From NCBI GenBank assembly GCA_016712885.1, contig JADJQF010000015.1, forward strand, positions 1-40,000: 40,000 nt of DNA, given 5' to 3'. Shown here piece after piece: positions 1 through 9,331 of this stretch. The position numbers were made by a program, and so were the translations under genes. Source of the DNA: Candidatus Flexicrinis proximus. GTDB lineage: Bacteria > Chloroflexota > Anaerolineae > Aggregatilineales > Phototrophicaceae. The first letter of the stretch is position 1. The number at the start of each line of letters is the position of its first letter. A model generated the notes under the pieces. The model searched no databases. It saw only the letters and a program-made list of their open reading frames with translations, and was not told the DNA's origin.

Positions 1-267
1 TGCTATATGTGGTGGGACATCTTCCCGGTCGCTATCGGTGCCGGAGAATGGACGGAATGTGACGCACTGTTCCTGGAAGTCCTCGGCGCCCTGCTCTCCA
101 TTGACCATGACGCCGTGCGTGAAAGCGCGCTGCATGGTCTCGGCCACGTCTCCGGGCGCAGGGAACTCGCCGTGGCGTTGATCGACAGCTTTCTGGTTAC
201 AAACCCCGGCATCCGTCCGGAACTCCGCCGCTATGCGCTTAGCGCCCGCGCGGGGTGCATCCAGTAG
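1..267 (+). CDS. hypothetical protein, C-terminal fragment (5' end outside window)
   Basis: Frame 1 is open from the window edge to TAG at 265-267. Composition is protein-like (..FLEVLGALLSIDHDAVRESALHGLGHV..), unlike the antisense ORF 3..212. No family recognised. Confidence 0.45.
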   Translation, partial: CYMWWDIFPVAIGAGEWTECDALFLEVLGALLSIDHDAVRESALHGLGHVSGRRELAVALIDSFLVTNPGIRPELRRYALSARAGCIQ

Positions 268-366
268 TCTTGGTCTTTGTCATGGCTTCTACGCGTTGCC
301 AGGTGCAGGAGGCGACGCTTCCTGTCGGGGATTGGGGCGGAACCCCATTGAAATCACCCAATTGCC

Positions 367-1464
367 CTATATGAGCGCCTCACACAACCTCTCGAGCAGC
401 GTGTCCCACGGCCGCGCAGGCAGGCAAATGAGGCCGTACTGTGCGGCCATCTGCTTGAGACGCGCGTTGTGGAGGACACTGACCCGCGCGCGAAACGCCT
501 GTGGTCCGGCATCAGGTTCTCGCGCCAGATAGTTCGCCAGGATTTGCGCCTCATCCGGCTCGTCGATGAACACCGCGCGTACCCGCCCGCCGTTCGGAAT
601 GTCGCCGTATCGCGCATAGCGCGCCAGCGCCGGCACGATAAAGTCGCCTTCAAGCACGGCAGGCCGGCCGGTCTCTAGGTGATTCGCAATCACCGCCTCC
701 AGCGCCGGAAGCATCACCTCGCTTATGACAATTCCCTGCTCGGCAATGACCTCCGGTGGCAGGCTGGTCGGGTCAGGATGTGTATTCCAAAAGTGCAATT
801 CAGGCTGCTGTTCCGGCGTCGTCATGCGCTCCAGAATACCCAGAAAGTCGTCAACTTCGATCAGCGCGACGCCGAAATGCTGCGCCACGCGGTAGCTGAT
901 GCTCGACTTTCCGACACCAGACGCGCCGCCAATGAGAAGGACGTCCCACCGGCGCGCTGGATACGGCGTTCTGGCCGGTTCACTGGGGCGAGACGGCTCA
1001 AGTTCATGCCGCAGCATCAGCATATCGCGGATTTGGATGCCATCCTCGAAAACCGGAGCGCGAAAGTAGTTGAAGTAGTCGCGGCGGACAGCGTCGATGC
1101 GGTAGCCGCACTTCTGGTAAAAGGCGATCGTGCCGAGGCTGGCGTTGGATGTGCCGACGACCAGCGCGGTAACCTGGCGTCGCCGTGCTTCCTCCGCGAC
1201 CAGTTTCAGCGCGTGTCGGCCTAACCCCTGACCGCGCACGCCGGCATCCACAGCGATGTAGACGATCTCACTCTCGTCATGCCCCCACCGCACGACCACG
1301 GCGCCTGCCGGCTGTTCGCCTGCCAGCACCACATACGACATATTCGCCGGGTCCGCAACAGCCACGCGGATTCGCGCGTCATCCTCGTCGGCATCCTGGA
1401 GCACCGCAGTCAGATACGCAGCATCCCGCGATTCGATGAGGTGAATTCTGCGGCCCTCAGGCAT
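367..1464 (-). CDS. GNAT N-acetyltransferase fused to a P-loop NTPase/kinase-like domain
   Basis: 365 aa. The N-terminal half carries GNAT motif A (IAVDAGVRGQGLGRHAL). The C-terminal half has Walker A (LLIGGASGVGKSS) and a 2-phosphoglycerate-kinase/AAA_33-like layout (..AVLEGDFIVP..). The start lies 8 nt after the stop of the upstream ABC exporter gene. Confidence 0.75.
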   Translation of the reverse strand: MPEGRRIHLIESRDAAYLTAVLQDADEDDARIRVAVADPANMSYVVLAGEQPAGAVVVRWGHDESEIVYIAVDAGVRGQGLGRHALKLVAEEARRRQVTALVVGTSNASLGTIAFYQKCGYRIDAVRRDYFNYFRAPVFEDGIQIRDMLMLRHELEPSRPSEPARTPYPARRWDVLLIGGASGVGKSSISYRVAQHFGVALIEVDDFLGILERMTTPEQQPELHFWNTHPDPTSLPPEVIAEQGIVISEVMLPALEAVIANHLETGRPAVLEGDFIVPALARYARYGDIPNGGRVRAVFIDEPDEAQILANYLAREPDAGPQAFRARVSVLHNARLKQMAAQYGLICLPARPWDTLLERLCEALI

Positions 1465-1472
1465 CCCGCACC

Positions 1473-3305
1473 CTAGTCCGCCGCGCCTTCGGCAAACGCT
1501 GCGCGCGCGTTCTCGACATAGCTCAGGGATTGGTGGCGGAAATAGGTGTCATACAGTTCAGAATAATGTCCGCCCTGCTCCATCAACTGTTCGTGGCTGC
1601 CCTGCTCGATGATCGCGCCCTCGCGCAGCACGATGATCCGATCCGCGGAGCGCACCGTACTCAAACGGTGGGCGATCAGGATCGACGTCGACTGCTGCAG
1701 GATCAGGTCGAGCGCCTCCTGAATTTGCGACTCGGTGAACGGATCGACGCTGGCCGTCGCTTCATCGAGAATGAAGATCGCCGGCCGCTGGAGCAGCACC
1801 CGTGCCAGGCTGACCAGCTGACGCTGGCCCATGCTCAGCCGCGCGCCGCGCTCACCGACACTGCTGTGCAGGCCCTCCGGCAGCGTCTCTAGCCATTCGC
1901 CGCCGCCAATGCTGTTGGCGACTTCTTCAATTTCCTTGTCAGTTGCCTCCGGGCGGCTGTAGCGGATGTTATCTATGATCGTGCCGCTGAACAGGAACGG
2001 CTGCTGCGGGACAATACCGAGTTTGCTGCGGAACTGGCGCACGTCCAGCGTCCGGATGTCGCGCCCGTCGATCTTGATCTTGCCGCCCTGAAACTCGTAG
2101 AAGCGTGTAATGAGCTTGGCGATCGTCGACTTGCCCGCGCCGGTGTGCCCGACAAACGCCACACTCTCGCCCGGCGCGATCTTCAGGTCGAAGTCCTTGA
2201 GGACGATCGTGCCATCCTGATACGAGAACGTCACCTGATCGAACTCGATTTCGCCGTGCAGCTGCTCGACCGGCTCGCTGGCCGTCTGAATAACCGTATT
2301 CTCGGCGTCGATCAGCGCGAAAATGCGCTCGGTCGAACTCAGCGCTTGCTGGAACTGGCTCCAGAACGTCGAGAGATTCAGAATCGGGAAATAGAAGCGG
2401 TCGATACCCTGCAGGAACAGGTACCACGCGCCAACGCCGATCGCGCCGAGCACCACCTGCTGCGCGCCGGTATACAGCACCAGCGCCACCGCCAGGCCGG
2501 AGATGATATTTAGCACCGGGAATACCGCCGCCAGCACGAAACCGCGGCGTAGATTGCTCTGGTACGAAGCGTTATTGACCCGCGAAAATTCCTCGAACAG
2601 GAACGATTCGCGCCGGAAATTCTTCGCCACGCTTATTCCGCTGACGCTTTCCTGAATGTTGTCGTTGACGTTAGCCATTGCCCGAGACCCGGTCCGCGTC
2701 GTGCGCCGCGCCAGCTTGCGGAACGCCCACGATGCGATAATCGTGAACGGCGTCGTGCCGATCAGTACCAGCGTCAGGAACACCGACCGGTTGATCAGCA
2801 CCACGAACAGTACGATCAGCGAGATCAACTGTGTGACGACATCGCTGGCAATCACGGCAACTTCGCCGAATTCCTGCGTGTCATTGGTGATTCGGCTGAC
2901 GATCTTGCCGGACTTGTTGTTATCGTAAAATGCGAGGTCGCGCTGCACGGCGGCATGGAAGGCGTCTTTCCGGAGCGAAGCGACCACGCTGCCGATCACC
3001 TTTGCCATTAGGTAGCGCCGCACCCAGTTGACCCCATACTGAAGGAACGCCGTCATCGTCAACGCGACGACCAGTAGCGTAATGGCCGACGTCTCGTCGC
3101 CGAGCCTCAACTCATCGATCGCGTTGCTGAACCACACCGGCTGGAACGACGACACCAGCGAAAGTACCGCAAGGCCGGCGAAGATGATCGTCAATTCACG
3201 CCGGAAGCCTTTGAGGTAGCTCCCGATGCGCCGATACAAATAGCCATCGGTGTACTGACGGTCGTACTTGTCGCCGCCATCAAGGCCGCGAAACATATTC
3301 GCCAT
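1473..3305 (-). CDS. ABC transporter, fused permease/ATP-binding protein (type I exporter, MsbA/MdlB-like)
   Basis: 610 aa. N-terminal multi-TM domain, then an NBD with Walker A GHTGAGKST, signature LSMGQRQ, Walker B FILDEATASVD and H-loop IAHRLST. Confidence 0.9.
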   Translation of the reverse strand: MANMFRGLDGGDKYDRQYTDGYLYRRIGSYLKGFRRELTIIFAGLAVLSLVSSFQPVWFSNAIDELRLGDETSAITLLVVALTMTAFLQYGVNWVRRYLMAKVIGSVVASLRKDAFHAAVQRDLAFYDNNKSGKIVSRITNDTQEFGEVAVIASDVVTQLISLIVLFVVLINRSVFLTLVLIGTTPFTIIASWAFRKLARRTTRTGSRAMANVNDNIQESVSGISVAKNFRRESFLFEEFSRVNNASYQSNLRRGFVLAAVFPVLNIISGLAVALVLYTGAQQVVLGAIGVGAWYLFLQGIDRFYFPILNLSTFWSQFQQALSSTERIFALIDAENTVIQTASEPVEQLHGEIEFDQVTFSYQDGTIVLKDFDLKIAPGESVAFVGHTGAGKSTIAKLITRFYEFQGGKIKIDGRDIRTLDVRQFRSKLGIVPQQPFLFSGTIIDNIRYSRPEATDKEIEEVANSIGGGEWLETLPEGLHSSVGERGARLSMGQRQLVSLARVLLQRPAIFILDEATASVDPFTESQIQEALDLILQQSTSILIAHRLSTVRSADRIIVLREGAIIEQGSHEQLMEQGGHYSELYDTYFRHQSLSYVENARAAFAEGAAD

Positions 3306-3390
3306 GCGTACTCCAGCATTACTTTGCGTTTAACGAAAGTTGAATGGTGCAATCATAGCATGAGGCCCGGCGGACGCGGTATGAATTGGT

Positions 3391-5352
3391 CTAGCGGCTC
3401 ACCTGAATCGCATCGAGCGGAACGCGGCCGTCGGGATACCCCTCCACCGGCAGTGGTTCCAGTGTCTGCCAGTCGTAGACGGTCACATAGAATTGGTAAT
3501 CGCCGTTCGGCAGATCGGCCGGCAGCACCGACAGGTGGCAGCCATAGGGCTCCGCAGGCAGCGGATAATCGTCCTGTGCGACAACCACACCTTGCGCATC
3601 GACTAGATGCACGGCGACCGAGTGCGTTCCGCGCCGCAGCCGGCCGGTCGGCGCCCAGCCTAGGTTCAGGCTGATAGCGCTGGTCTGTCTCAGGCCGCTG
3701 CTGCTGACCATGATCGCGTTGGGCAGCCGCAGCATCCGCGTTATGCCGCTTTCCTCGCTGCCGAACTCATATTCAGGACGGTCGCGCAAAACCTGCATAT
3801 CCGGCCGGAGCGTATACAGGCGCAGAGTCGCATCGTCTCGCTCAAGTGCCGTGCCGCAGGCCGTATAGGTCTCGGCCAGCGTATCCATCAGCGTGCGCGT
3901 GCGCTGCGACTGCTCGACTTCCGGCACATCCACAATCCATACGCGCGGGTGGTCGGCAAGGATCGTGAGGACATCGCTGCGATAATCCGCGTCGGTCTCG
4001 GCAAACGAGTTGTTCATCAGCTCGGTTTGGGCATGCGCGACCTTGTTTGGCAGGACGCGCGGCAGGTTGCGGGTCAGAAAATCCTCAATGAACAGCCCGA
4101 ACGGCGTGAAGCCGGGCTGCTGAAAGTGGAACAAAATGAGGTCGTCGGTGCGGAAAAGGTCGTCCAGCACGGCCATGGCGCGTGTCATCCCGGCCGCGGG
4201 AGCGCGGTAAATCTCCCCGAACAGCGACCGGTTGAAGTCGAGTGAAGCGCCGCGCGCGAACCCGAAAATCATCCACACGCCTAGCATCAGCGCCAGTGGA
4301 ACCCCGCGCGCCCTCAGCGTTTCAATCCCAACCGCAGCAGCGAGTGCAAACGCCGGCCACAGGAAGATCAGGTAGCGCAGGTGAACCAGAAACGGCACGG
4401 CCGCGTTGACGGTGAGTGCCACGCCCAGTCCTAGCACCAGCCACAGCGCCAGCAGGGTTGCTGGCCGGTGTGCGCGGGCCATTTGTAACTGCCGGGCAAC
4501 CGCCAGTCGAATCCCTTGGCCGGACGACGCGATCCAGACGCTAGCCGCCAGCAGCACGAGCAGCAGCGCAGGGCTGCCGTTTGAGAACGCATACGCCAGT
4601 GTGTCCAAGGCTTGCCCGGCGCTCATCGAGTCGGCCTGACGGTTGACATCCCCTGCCCCGCGCCGAGCCACCTCCGCAATCACCGGCAGCCACGGCACAT
4701 ACAACAGCGCGGCACCAACCATCGCGCCGAGCGCCAGCCACCAGCGGCGGTCTTTGCGGACCAACAGCACATGGAAGGTCAGTATAACCACGGCCAGACT
4801 GAGCGCGACATAGTGCGAGTAGGCCAACCCAGCCAGCGACACGATCAGCGCGGCATAGTGGGCTGCGCGCGGCTTCGCTGCCGAAATCAGACGCCAGTAG
4901 GCATACGCGACACAGCACGCCATCAGCGTGACCAGCGTGTAAGCACGGGCTTCGTGCATGAAGTTGAGGAAGAACGCCGACGAGGCCATCACCGCCGCCG
5001 CATACACTCCGACCCGGCGCGAAAACCAGTCTGCGCCGATGCGGTAGGTCATCGCTATCGCGATCACGCCGAACAGCAGCGAATAGGCGCGCACCGCAAA
5101 CGGCGACGACCCGGCCAGCGATTCCCACGCGCCGAGTGTGACGTAATAGCCCGCACCCATGCCGCCCGGATCGACCGTAACGATGCGCTCGATGATCTCG
5201 TAGAGCGTGAGCGGGCCGTAGATGTCACCGCCGGATTTGAAGATCGACCACCACTCGTCTACGAACGGCAGATCGTACGATAGCCAGCGCGCGGCAAACA
5301 GAACGGCCAGCAGCAGCAGGCCCACCATCGGGGCGTAGTGTCTGCGCGTCAT
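3391..5352 (-). CDS. GT-C fold membrane glycosyltransferase (family 39 / ArnT-PMT-like) with C-terminal extracytoplasmic domain
   Basis: The longest ORF runs to 5520. I placed the start at ATG 5352 (MTRRHYAPMVGLLLLAV..), which overlaps the DUF423 stop as ATGA. Many TM helices, a first-loop DE motif (PFVDEWW), and a soluble C-terminal domain containing VHLVDAQGVVVAQDD. Confidence 0.7.
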   Translation of the reverse strand: MTRRHYAPMVGLLLLAVLFAARWLSYDLPFVDEWWSIFKSGGDIYGPLTLYEIIERIVTVDPGGMGAGYYVTLGAWESLAGSSPFAVRAYSLLFGVIAIAMTYRIGADWFSRRVGVYAAAVMASSAFFLNFMHEARAYTLVTLMACCVAYAYWRLISAAKPRAAHYAALIVSLAGLAYSHYVALSLAVVILTFHVLLVRKDRRWWLALGAMVGAALLYVPWLPVIAEVARRGAGDVNRQADSMSAGQALDTLAYAFSNGSPALLLVLLAASVWIASSGQGIRLAVARQLQMARAHRPATLLALWLVLGLGVALTVNAAVPFLVHLRYLIFLWPAFALAAAVGIETLRARGVPLALMLGVWMIFGFARGASLDFNRSLFGEIYRAPAAGMTRAMAVLDDLFRTDDLILFHFQQPGFTPFGLFIEDFLTRNLPRVLPNKVAHAQTELMNNSFAETDADYRSDVLTILADHPRVWIVDVPEVEQSQRTRTLMDTLAETYTACGTALERDDATLRLYTLRPDMQVLRDRPEYEFGSEESGITRMLRLPNAIMVSSSGLRQTSAISLNLGWAPTGRLRRGTHSVAVHLVDAQGVVVAQDDYPLPAEPYGCHLSVLPADLPNGDYQFYVTVYDWQTLEPLPVEGYPDGRVPLDAIQVSR

Positions 5353-5729
5353 GGAACCGGGTAAGTCCACGCGGCCCAGGCCAGCGCCGCCCAGCCCGCG
5401 ATCATCAGCGCGCCGCCAATCGGTGCGACCGCGCCCATGATGCGCAGATCGAAGATTGCCAGGATGTACAACGCGCCGCTGAAGATCAGTGTGCCTGCCG
5501 TCATCAGAGTCCCCGCCCATTGCACGGCCGGCGACGGCGCGTTGAATGCCAGCACGCCGACCGCCAGCAGTGCAACCGCATGGATCAAATGGTAGCGGAC
5601 GGCGGTTTCAAACGTATCGGCGCGACCGTTCGCTTGCAGCCGGTCAGCCAGTCCATGCGCGCCAAACGCCCCCAGCGCGACGCCGGTCAGTCCAAGCAGT
5701 GCGCCGATGAGCACCCATGTCCGAATCAT
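5349..5729 (-). CDS. DUF423 family small membrane protein (YgdD/TMEM256-like)
   Basis: 126 aa with 4 TM segments. N-terminus LGLTGVALGAFGAHGL and overall length are typical of DUF423. Confidence 0.8.
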   Translation of the reverse strand: MIRTWVLIGALLGLTGVALGAFGAHGLADRLQANGRADTFETAVRYHLIHAVALLAVGVLAFNAPSPAVQWAGTLMTAGTLIFSGALYILAIFDLRIMGAVAPIGGALMIAGWAALAWAAWTYPVP

Positions 5730-5852
5730 GGAGTCTCTCCTTAGTCGTCAATCTCTGCTGGATTGTACCCGAACCGTACCCGTCGCCGTATGGTGAGGTG
5801 CGTACGCGTCGTCTATACTCAGTACCCTATCGAACCAGACCTTCAGAACACT

Positions 5853-6716
5853 ATGCCCAAACGACTATTCATCAGCTACGCGCATCCTGACGACGAGAGC
5901 TTCGGTCTCGGCGGTCTGATCTCCAAATACGTTTCCGAAGGCGTCGAAGTCTACTATCTGTGCGCCACAAACGGCGATGTAGGCACCGTTCACCCGGACA
6001 TGCTTAACGGCTACAAGTCGGTGGCCGAGCTGCGCCTGTCCGAACTCGACAAAGCCTCGGCCCTGCTCGGCTTCAAGCAGGTCTACAAGCTCGGCTATCG
6101 TGACAGCGGAATGATCGGGTCGGAAACCACTCGCCACCCGGACAGCCTGTGGTATGCCCACGAACACAAGCCCGCCGAAGTCACCCGCCGCGTCGTCGAA
6201 GCGATTCGCGAAGTACGCCCGCACGTGATTATCACCTTCAATAAATACGGCGGCTACGGTCACCCCGACCATATCGCCATCCAGCGTGCAACGACCGAAG
6301 CCTTCGCCAAGTCCGCCGACACGGCCTATGCCACCGGACACGAAGCCTGGCAAGCCCAGAAACTTTATTACAGCGGCGTGGCGCGCTGGCCGATCCGCCT
6401 GGGCATCATGCGGTCGCTGCTCAAGCGCCAGAACCCGCGCAAGCTCGGACGCAACCACGACATCGACATCGTGAAGATCCTCGAAAATGTCGAACCGGTG
6501 CACGTCAAAGTCGACATCCGCGACTGGTTCGCTGCCTGGGATGAGGCCAGCTCCGTCCACCAGAGTCAGCTCAGCGGCGGTTCCTTCCGTGTTATGCCTA
6601 AGCGCCTGCGCCCGTACCTGACGCCGTATCAGATGTTCACCCGCGTCTACCCGCAGCCGGCCCGCAGTCGTATCGACGAAACCGATCTGTTCGAAGGCGT
6701 GAAAGTCGAGGCATAA
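5853..6716 (+). CDS. PIG-L/LmbE family deacetylase
   Basis: Start set at ATG 5853 (MPKRLFISYAHPDDESFGLGG). The AHPDDE and HPDH zinc-ligand motifs are present. The upstream extension to 5763 is Arg-rich and unlikely to be real. Confidence 0.85.
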   Translation: MPKRLFISYAHPDDESFGLGGLISKYVSEGVEVYYLCATNGDVGTVHPDMLNGYKSVAELRLSELDKASALLGFKQVYKLGYRDSGMIGSETTRHPDSLWYAHEHKPAEVTRRVVEAIREVRPHVIITFNKYGGYGHPDHIAIQRATTEAFAKSADTAYATGHEAWQAQKLYYSGVARWPIRLGIMRSLLKRQNPRKLGRNHDIDIVKILENVEPVHVKVDIRDWFAAWDEASSVHQSQLSGGSFRVMPKRLRPYLTPYQMFTRVYPQPARSRIDETDLFEGVKVEA

Positions 6717-6721
6717 CTCGT

Positions 6722-7099
6722 ATGTCGGCCACGGCAGATCAGGTTGAACGCCTGATGGACGCCATCGAGCATCTCAAGGCGGATCGCCGCGGCGACGCGC
6801 GCGGCGTCCTGCGCGAACTCATCGCCGAAAACTCCGACTTTGAGGACGCCTGGCTGTGGATGAGCCTCGCCGTCGACAGCCTTGATCAGAGCGCCGTCTG
6901 CCTCGATAACGCCCTGCGTGTCAACCCCGCCAACGACCGCGCCGCCGCGGCGCTGCTCCGGCTGCGCGCTGGTGACCTGATCCTGGCCGTACAGCGTGGG
7001 CGTTATAAGCTGTTCCGCGATCTTGCGCTGACCTCGATGTGGCTGCTGGTCGTGATCTCATTGTGCGCGGCCCTGGCGACCTTCGGCGCGCTCTATTGA
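6722..7099 (+). CDS. hypothetical protein, helical/TPR-like N-terminus with C-terminal TM anchor
   Basis: 125 aa, starting 5 nt after the deacetylase stop. Has a hydrophobic C-terminal helix (LTSMWLLVVISLCAALATFGALY). No family recognised. Confidence 0.5.
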   Translation: MSATADQVERLMDAIEHLKADRRGDARGVLRELIAENSDFEDAWLWMSLAVDSLDQSAVCLDNALRVNPANDRAAAALLRLRAGDLILAVQRGRYKLFRDLALTSMWLLVVISLCAALATFGALY

Positions 7100-7212
7100 G
7101 ACACTGGCGCCCTTAGCCATTAGTTGAAGTCCGACCAACAATGCGCGCTTTGGCTGCGCTGGGTGTGTTCCGCCCCGCACGTCTGTATGAGAAGAGACAC
7201 GGTGTTTTGTAG

Positions 7213-7232
7213 GGACGCCATACATGGCGTCC
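7213..7232. repeat. GC-rich palindromic hairpin in a convergent intergenic gap
   Basis: GGACGCC-ATACAT-GGCGTCC is a perfect 7-bp inverted repeat (9 bp formally). No flanking T-run on either strand, so it is not a canonical terminator. Confidence 0.6.
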
Positions 7233-7280
7233 GCTGGATGACAAACGGCCACTGGCTTAGGATTCCGCGCGATAGACCGT

Positions 7281-8114
7281 TTATTCGCCGGTTGGCGTCG
7301 GGACGAGCGGCTGGTACAGCCGGCTGAGGGCCGATTGCCCCTCAGGGCTCTGCATCCAGCCGATGAACCCGCGCGCGGCGCCCTGCGGCTCGTCAATCCC
7401 GACGACGAACACCGTCGAACGCAGCGGATAGGTATTGTCGTTCAGCGTCTCCAGCGACGGCATCACGCCGTCAATCGCCAGCGGCCGCACAGTCGTATCC
7501 AGCGCCGCCAGCGACACGTACCCCAGCGCGCCCGGATTCGCCGTGACCGTATGCAATACGCCCTGCGACGTCGATGCCGTCAGCGCTGCGCCGGTCGTAA
7601 CCCGCTGTCCCATGACCGCCTGCTCGAACTCGGCGCGGATGCCTGAGCCCGATTCGCGGCTGACGACCTGCATCGGAATACTCGCGCCCCCTACTTCGTT
7701 CCACGAGACAATCCTTCCCTGGAACGCCTGCCGGACCTGTATGAGCGCCAGTTCGTCGATCAGGTTGCCGGGATGGACGACCAGAACGATCGCGTCCTGA
7801 GCAACCGGCGCCGCCCACAGGCCACTGGCATCCCGGCTGTCGAGATGAGTCGTGACAACAAAGTGTGCTTCGCCACGGCGCAGCGCGTCCATCGTCTGCC
7901 GGTAGTTCCCCACGCGGACTTCGAGCGAAAGACTCGGGTCGGCATAAGCCGACGCCGCCTCCATCACCAGCGGCAGCGCCGACGACGTCGCCATGATTCG
8001 CAGGGGGTTTTCCGGCGTACCGGGGGCAGTCGCAGGCAGCGCACGCGCGCTGCATCCGACCAGGGTCGTGAACGCGGCGATGACTAAGACTCGTTTAGGT
8101 AGAGAAGCCAACAC
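7281..8114 (-). CDS. PstS-family (PBP-like) substrate-binding lipoprotein
   Basis: 277 aa. Lipoprotein signal with lipobox LVGC. VVSRESGSGIRAEFEQ motif typical of phosphate-binding PBP_like_2 proteins. GTG start 6 nt after the tgt stop. Confidence 0.75.
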   Translation of the reverse strand: MLASLPKRVLVIAAFTTLVGCSARALPATAPGTPENPLRIMATSSALPLVMEAASAYADPSLSLEVRVGNYRQTMDALRRGEAHFVVTTHLDSRDASGLWAAPVAQDAIVLVVHPGNLIDELALIQVRQAFQGRIVSWNEVGGASIPMQVVSRESGSGIRAEFEQAVMGQRVTTGAALTASTSQGVLHTVTANPGALGYVSLAALDTTVRPLAIDGVMPSLETLNDNTYPLRSTVFVVGIDEPQGAARGFIGWMQSPEGQSALSRLYQPLVPTPTGE

Positions 8115-8120
8115 CGCGCC

Positions 8121-9251
8121 CTAATTCCGTCCCGCGTACCGACCCAAAAACGATTGTGCATAGTCGCGCAGCGTACCATCCAGAATGGCCGCGCGTATTC
8201 GCTCCATGTGGCGAATCAGGAAGGTGATGTTATGCAGCGTCAGCAAATTATAGCCGAGAAGCTCTTCGGCCTTAAACAAGTGCCGCAGATACGCGCGCGA
8301 AAAATGCTGGCAGCTATAGCAATCGCAGTCGGCTTGCAGAGGGCGCTCGTCACGTGCGAAGTCGAGCTTCTTGACGTTCACCCGGCCATCCGGCGTGAAC
8401 GCCGAGCCGTGGCGTCCGAGGCGCGTAGGCATCACGCAGTCGAAAATGTCGACCCCGCGCAGCGAGGCTTCAATCAGGTCATCAGGATCGCCCACACCCA
8501 TCAGATAGCGTGGTTTGTGCGCGGGCATCAGCGGTGTCGTGAATTCAATCGTCTTGTACATATCCGGCTTGCCTTCGCCAACGGCCAGCCCGCCGATCGC
8601 ATACCCCGGCGTGTCGAACGCCGTGATTTCCCGCGCGGATTTTTCGCGCAGGTCGGGGAAGATTCCGCCTTGCACGATGCCGAACAGCGCCTGCGTCGAG
8701 TCGTCCGGGTGCGCCATCCTGCAGCGCGCCATCCACGCGCTCGTGCGTGAGACCGCCGCTTCGACCACAGCGCGGTCGGTCGGCGTTGGGCATTGGTCAA
8801 AAGCCATGATGATGTCCGCGCCGAGGTTCTCCTGAATGGTCATCGAGACCTCCGGCGTAAACCGGTGCCGCGAACCATCGATGTGGCTCTTGAAGGTCAC
8901 GCCGTCGTCATCGATTCGATTGATGTTGCCGAGGCTGAACACCTGAAATCCGCCGCTGTCAGTTAGGATCGGGCCGTTCCAGGCCATGAACCGATGCAGC
9001 CCGCCCAAGTCGCGCACCAGTTCGCTTCCGGGGCGCAGGTGCAGGTGATAGGTATTGGCTAAAATGAGAGGCGCGGGGATCGCTTTAAGGTCGCGCGGGG
9101 TAACGCTCTTTACCGTGGCTTGTGTACCGACCGGTGCAAAAACAGGGGTCGGGATAACACCATGTGGCGTGTGAAAAAAGCCGGCACGCGCCGCGCCGTC
9201 TGTCGCCACTACCTCGAACTCAAACGTACGCACCGGGGTTGATTCAGACAT
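8121..9251 (-). CDS. tgt: tRNA-guanine transglycosylase (queuine tRNA-ribosyltransferase)
   Basis: 376 aa. The N-terminus (TPHGVIPTPVFAPVGTQATVK), GGLAVGE, and the Zn cluster CDCYSCQHFSRAYLRHL are all characteristic of Tgt. Confidence 0.95.
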   Translation of the reverse strand: MSESTPVRTFEFEVVATDGAARAGFFHTPHGVIPTPVFAPVGTQATVKSVTPRDLKAIPAPLILANTYHLHLRPGSELVRDLGGLHRFMAWNGPILTDSGGFQVFSLGNINRIDDDGVTFKSHIDGSRHRFTPEVSMTIQENLGADIIMAFDQCPTPTDRAVVEAAVSRTSAWMARCRMAHPDDSTQALFGIVQGGIFPDLREKSAREITAFDTPGYAIGGLAVGEGKPDMYKTIEFTTPLMPAHKPRYLMGVGDPDDLIEASLRGVDIFDCVMPTRLGRHGSAFTPDGRVNVKKLDFARDERPLQADCDCYSCQHFSRAYLRHLFKAEELLGYNLLTLHNITFLIRHMERIRAAILDGTLRDYAQSFLGRYAGRN

Positions 9252-9331
9252 ATCTCCTGATTATAACAGGACTTATAGACAGCGCAGTAGCGAGTTAAAC
9301 TGTTCCAGACGAAAATCGAGGTATACGCGCC

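Noticed and set aside
5353-5520. N-terminal 56-aa extension of the GT-C ORF (MGGDSDDGRHTDLQRR..)
   Set aside because: It overlaps the DUF423 gene out of frame and is Arg/Gly-rich. The internal ATG at 5352 gives a typical TM N-terminus and an ATGA junction.
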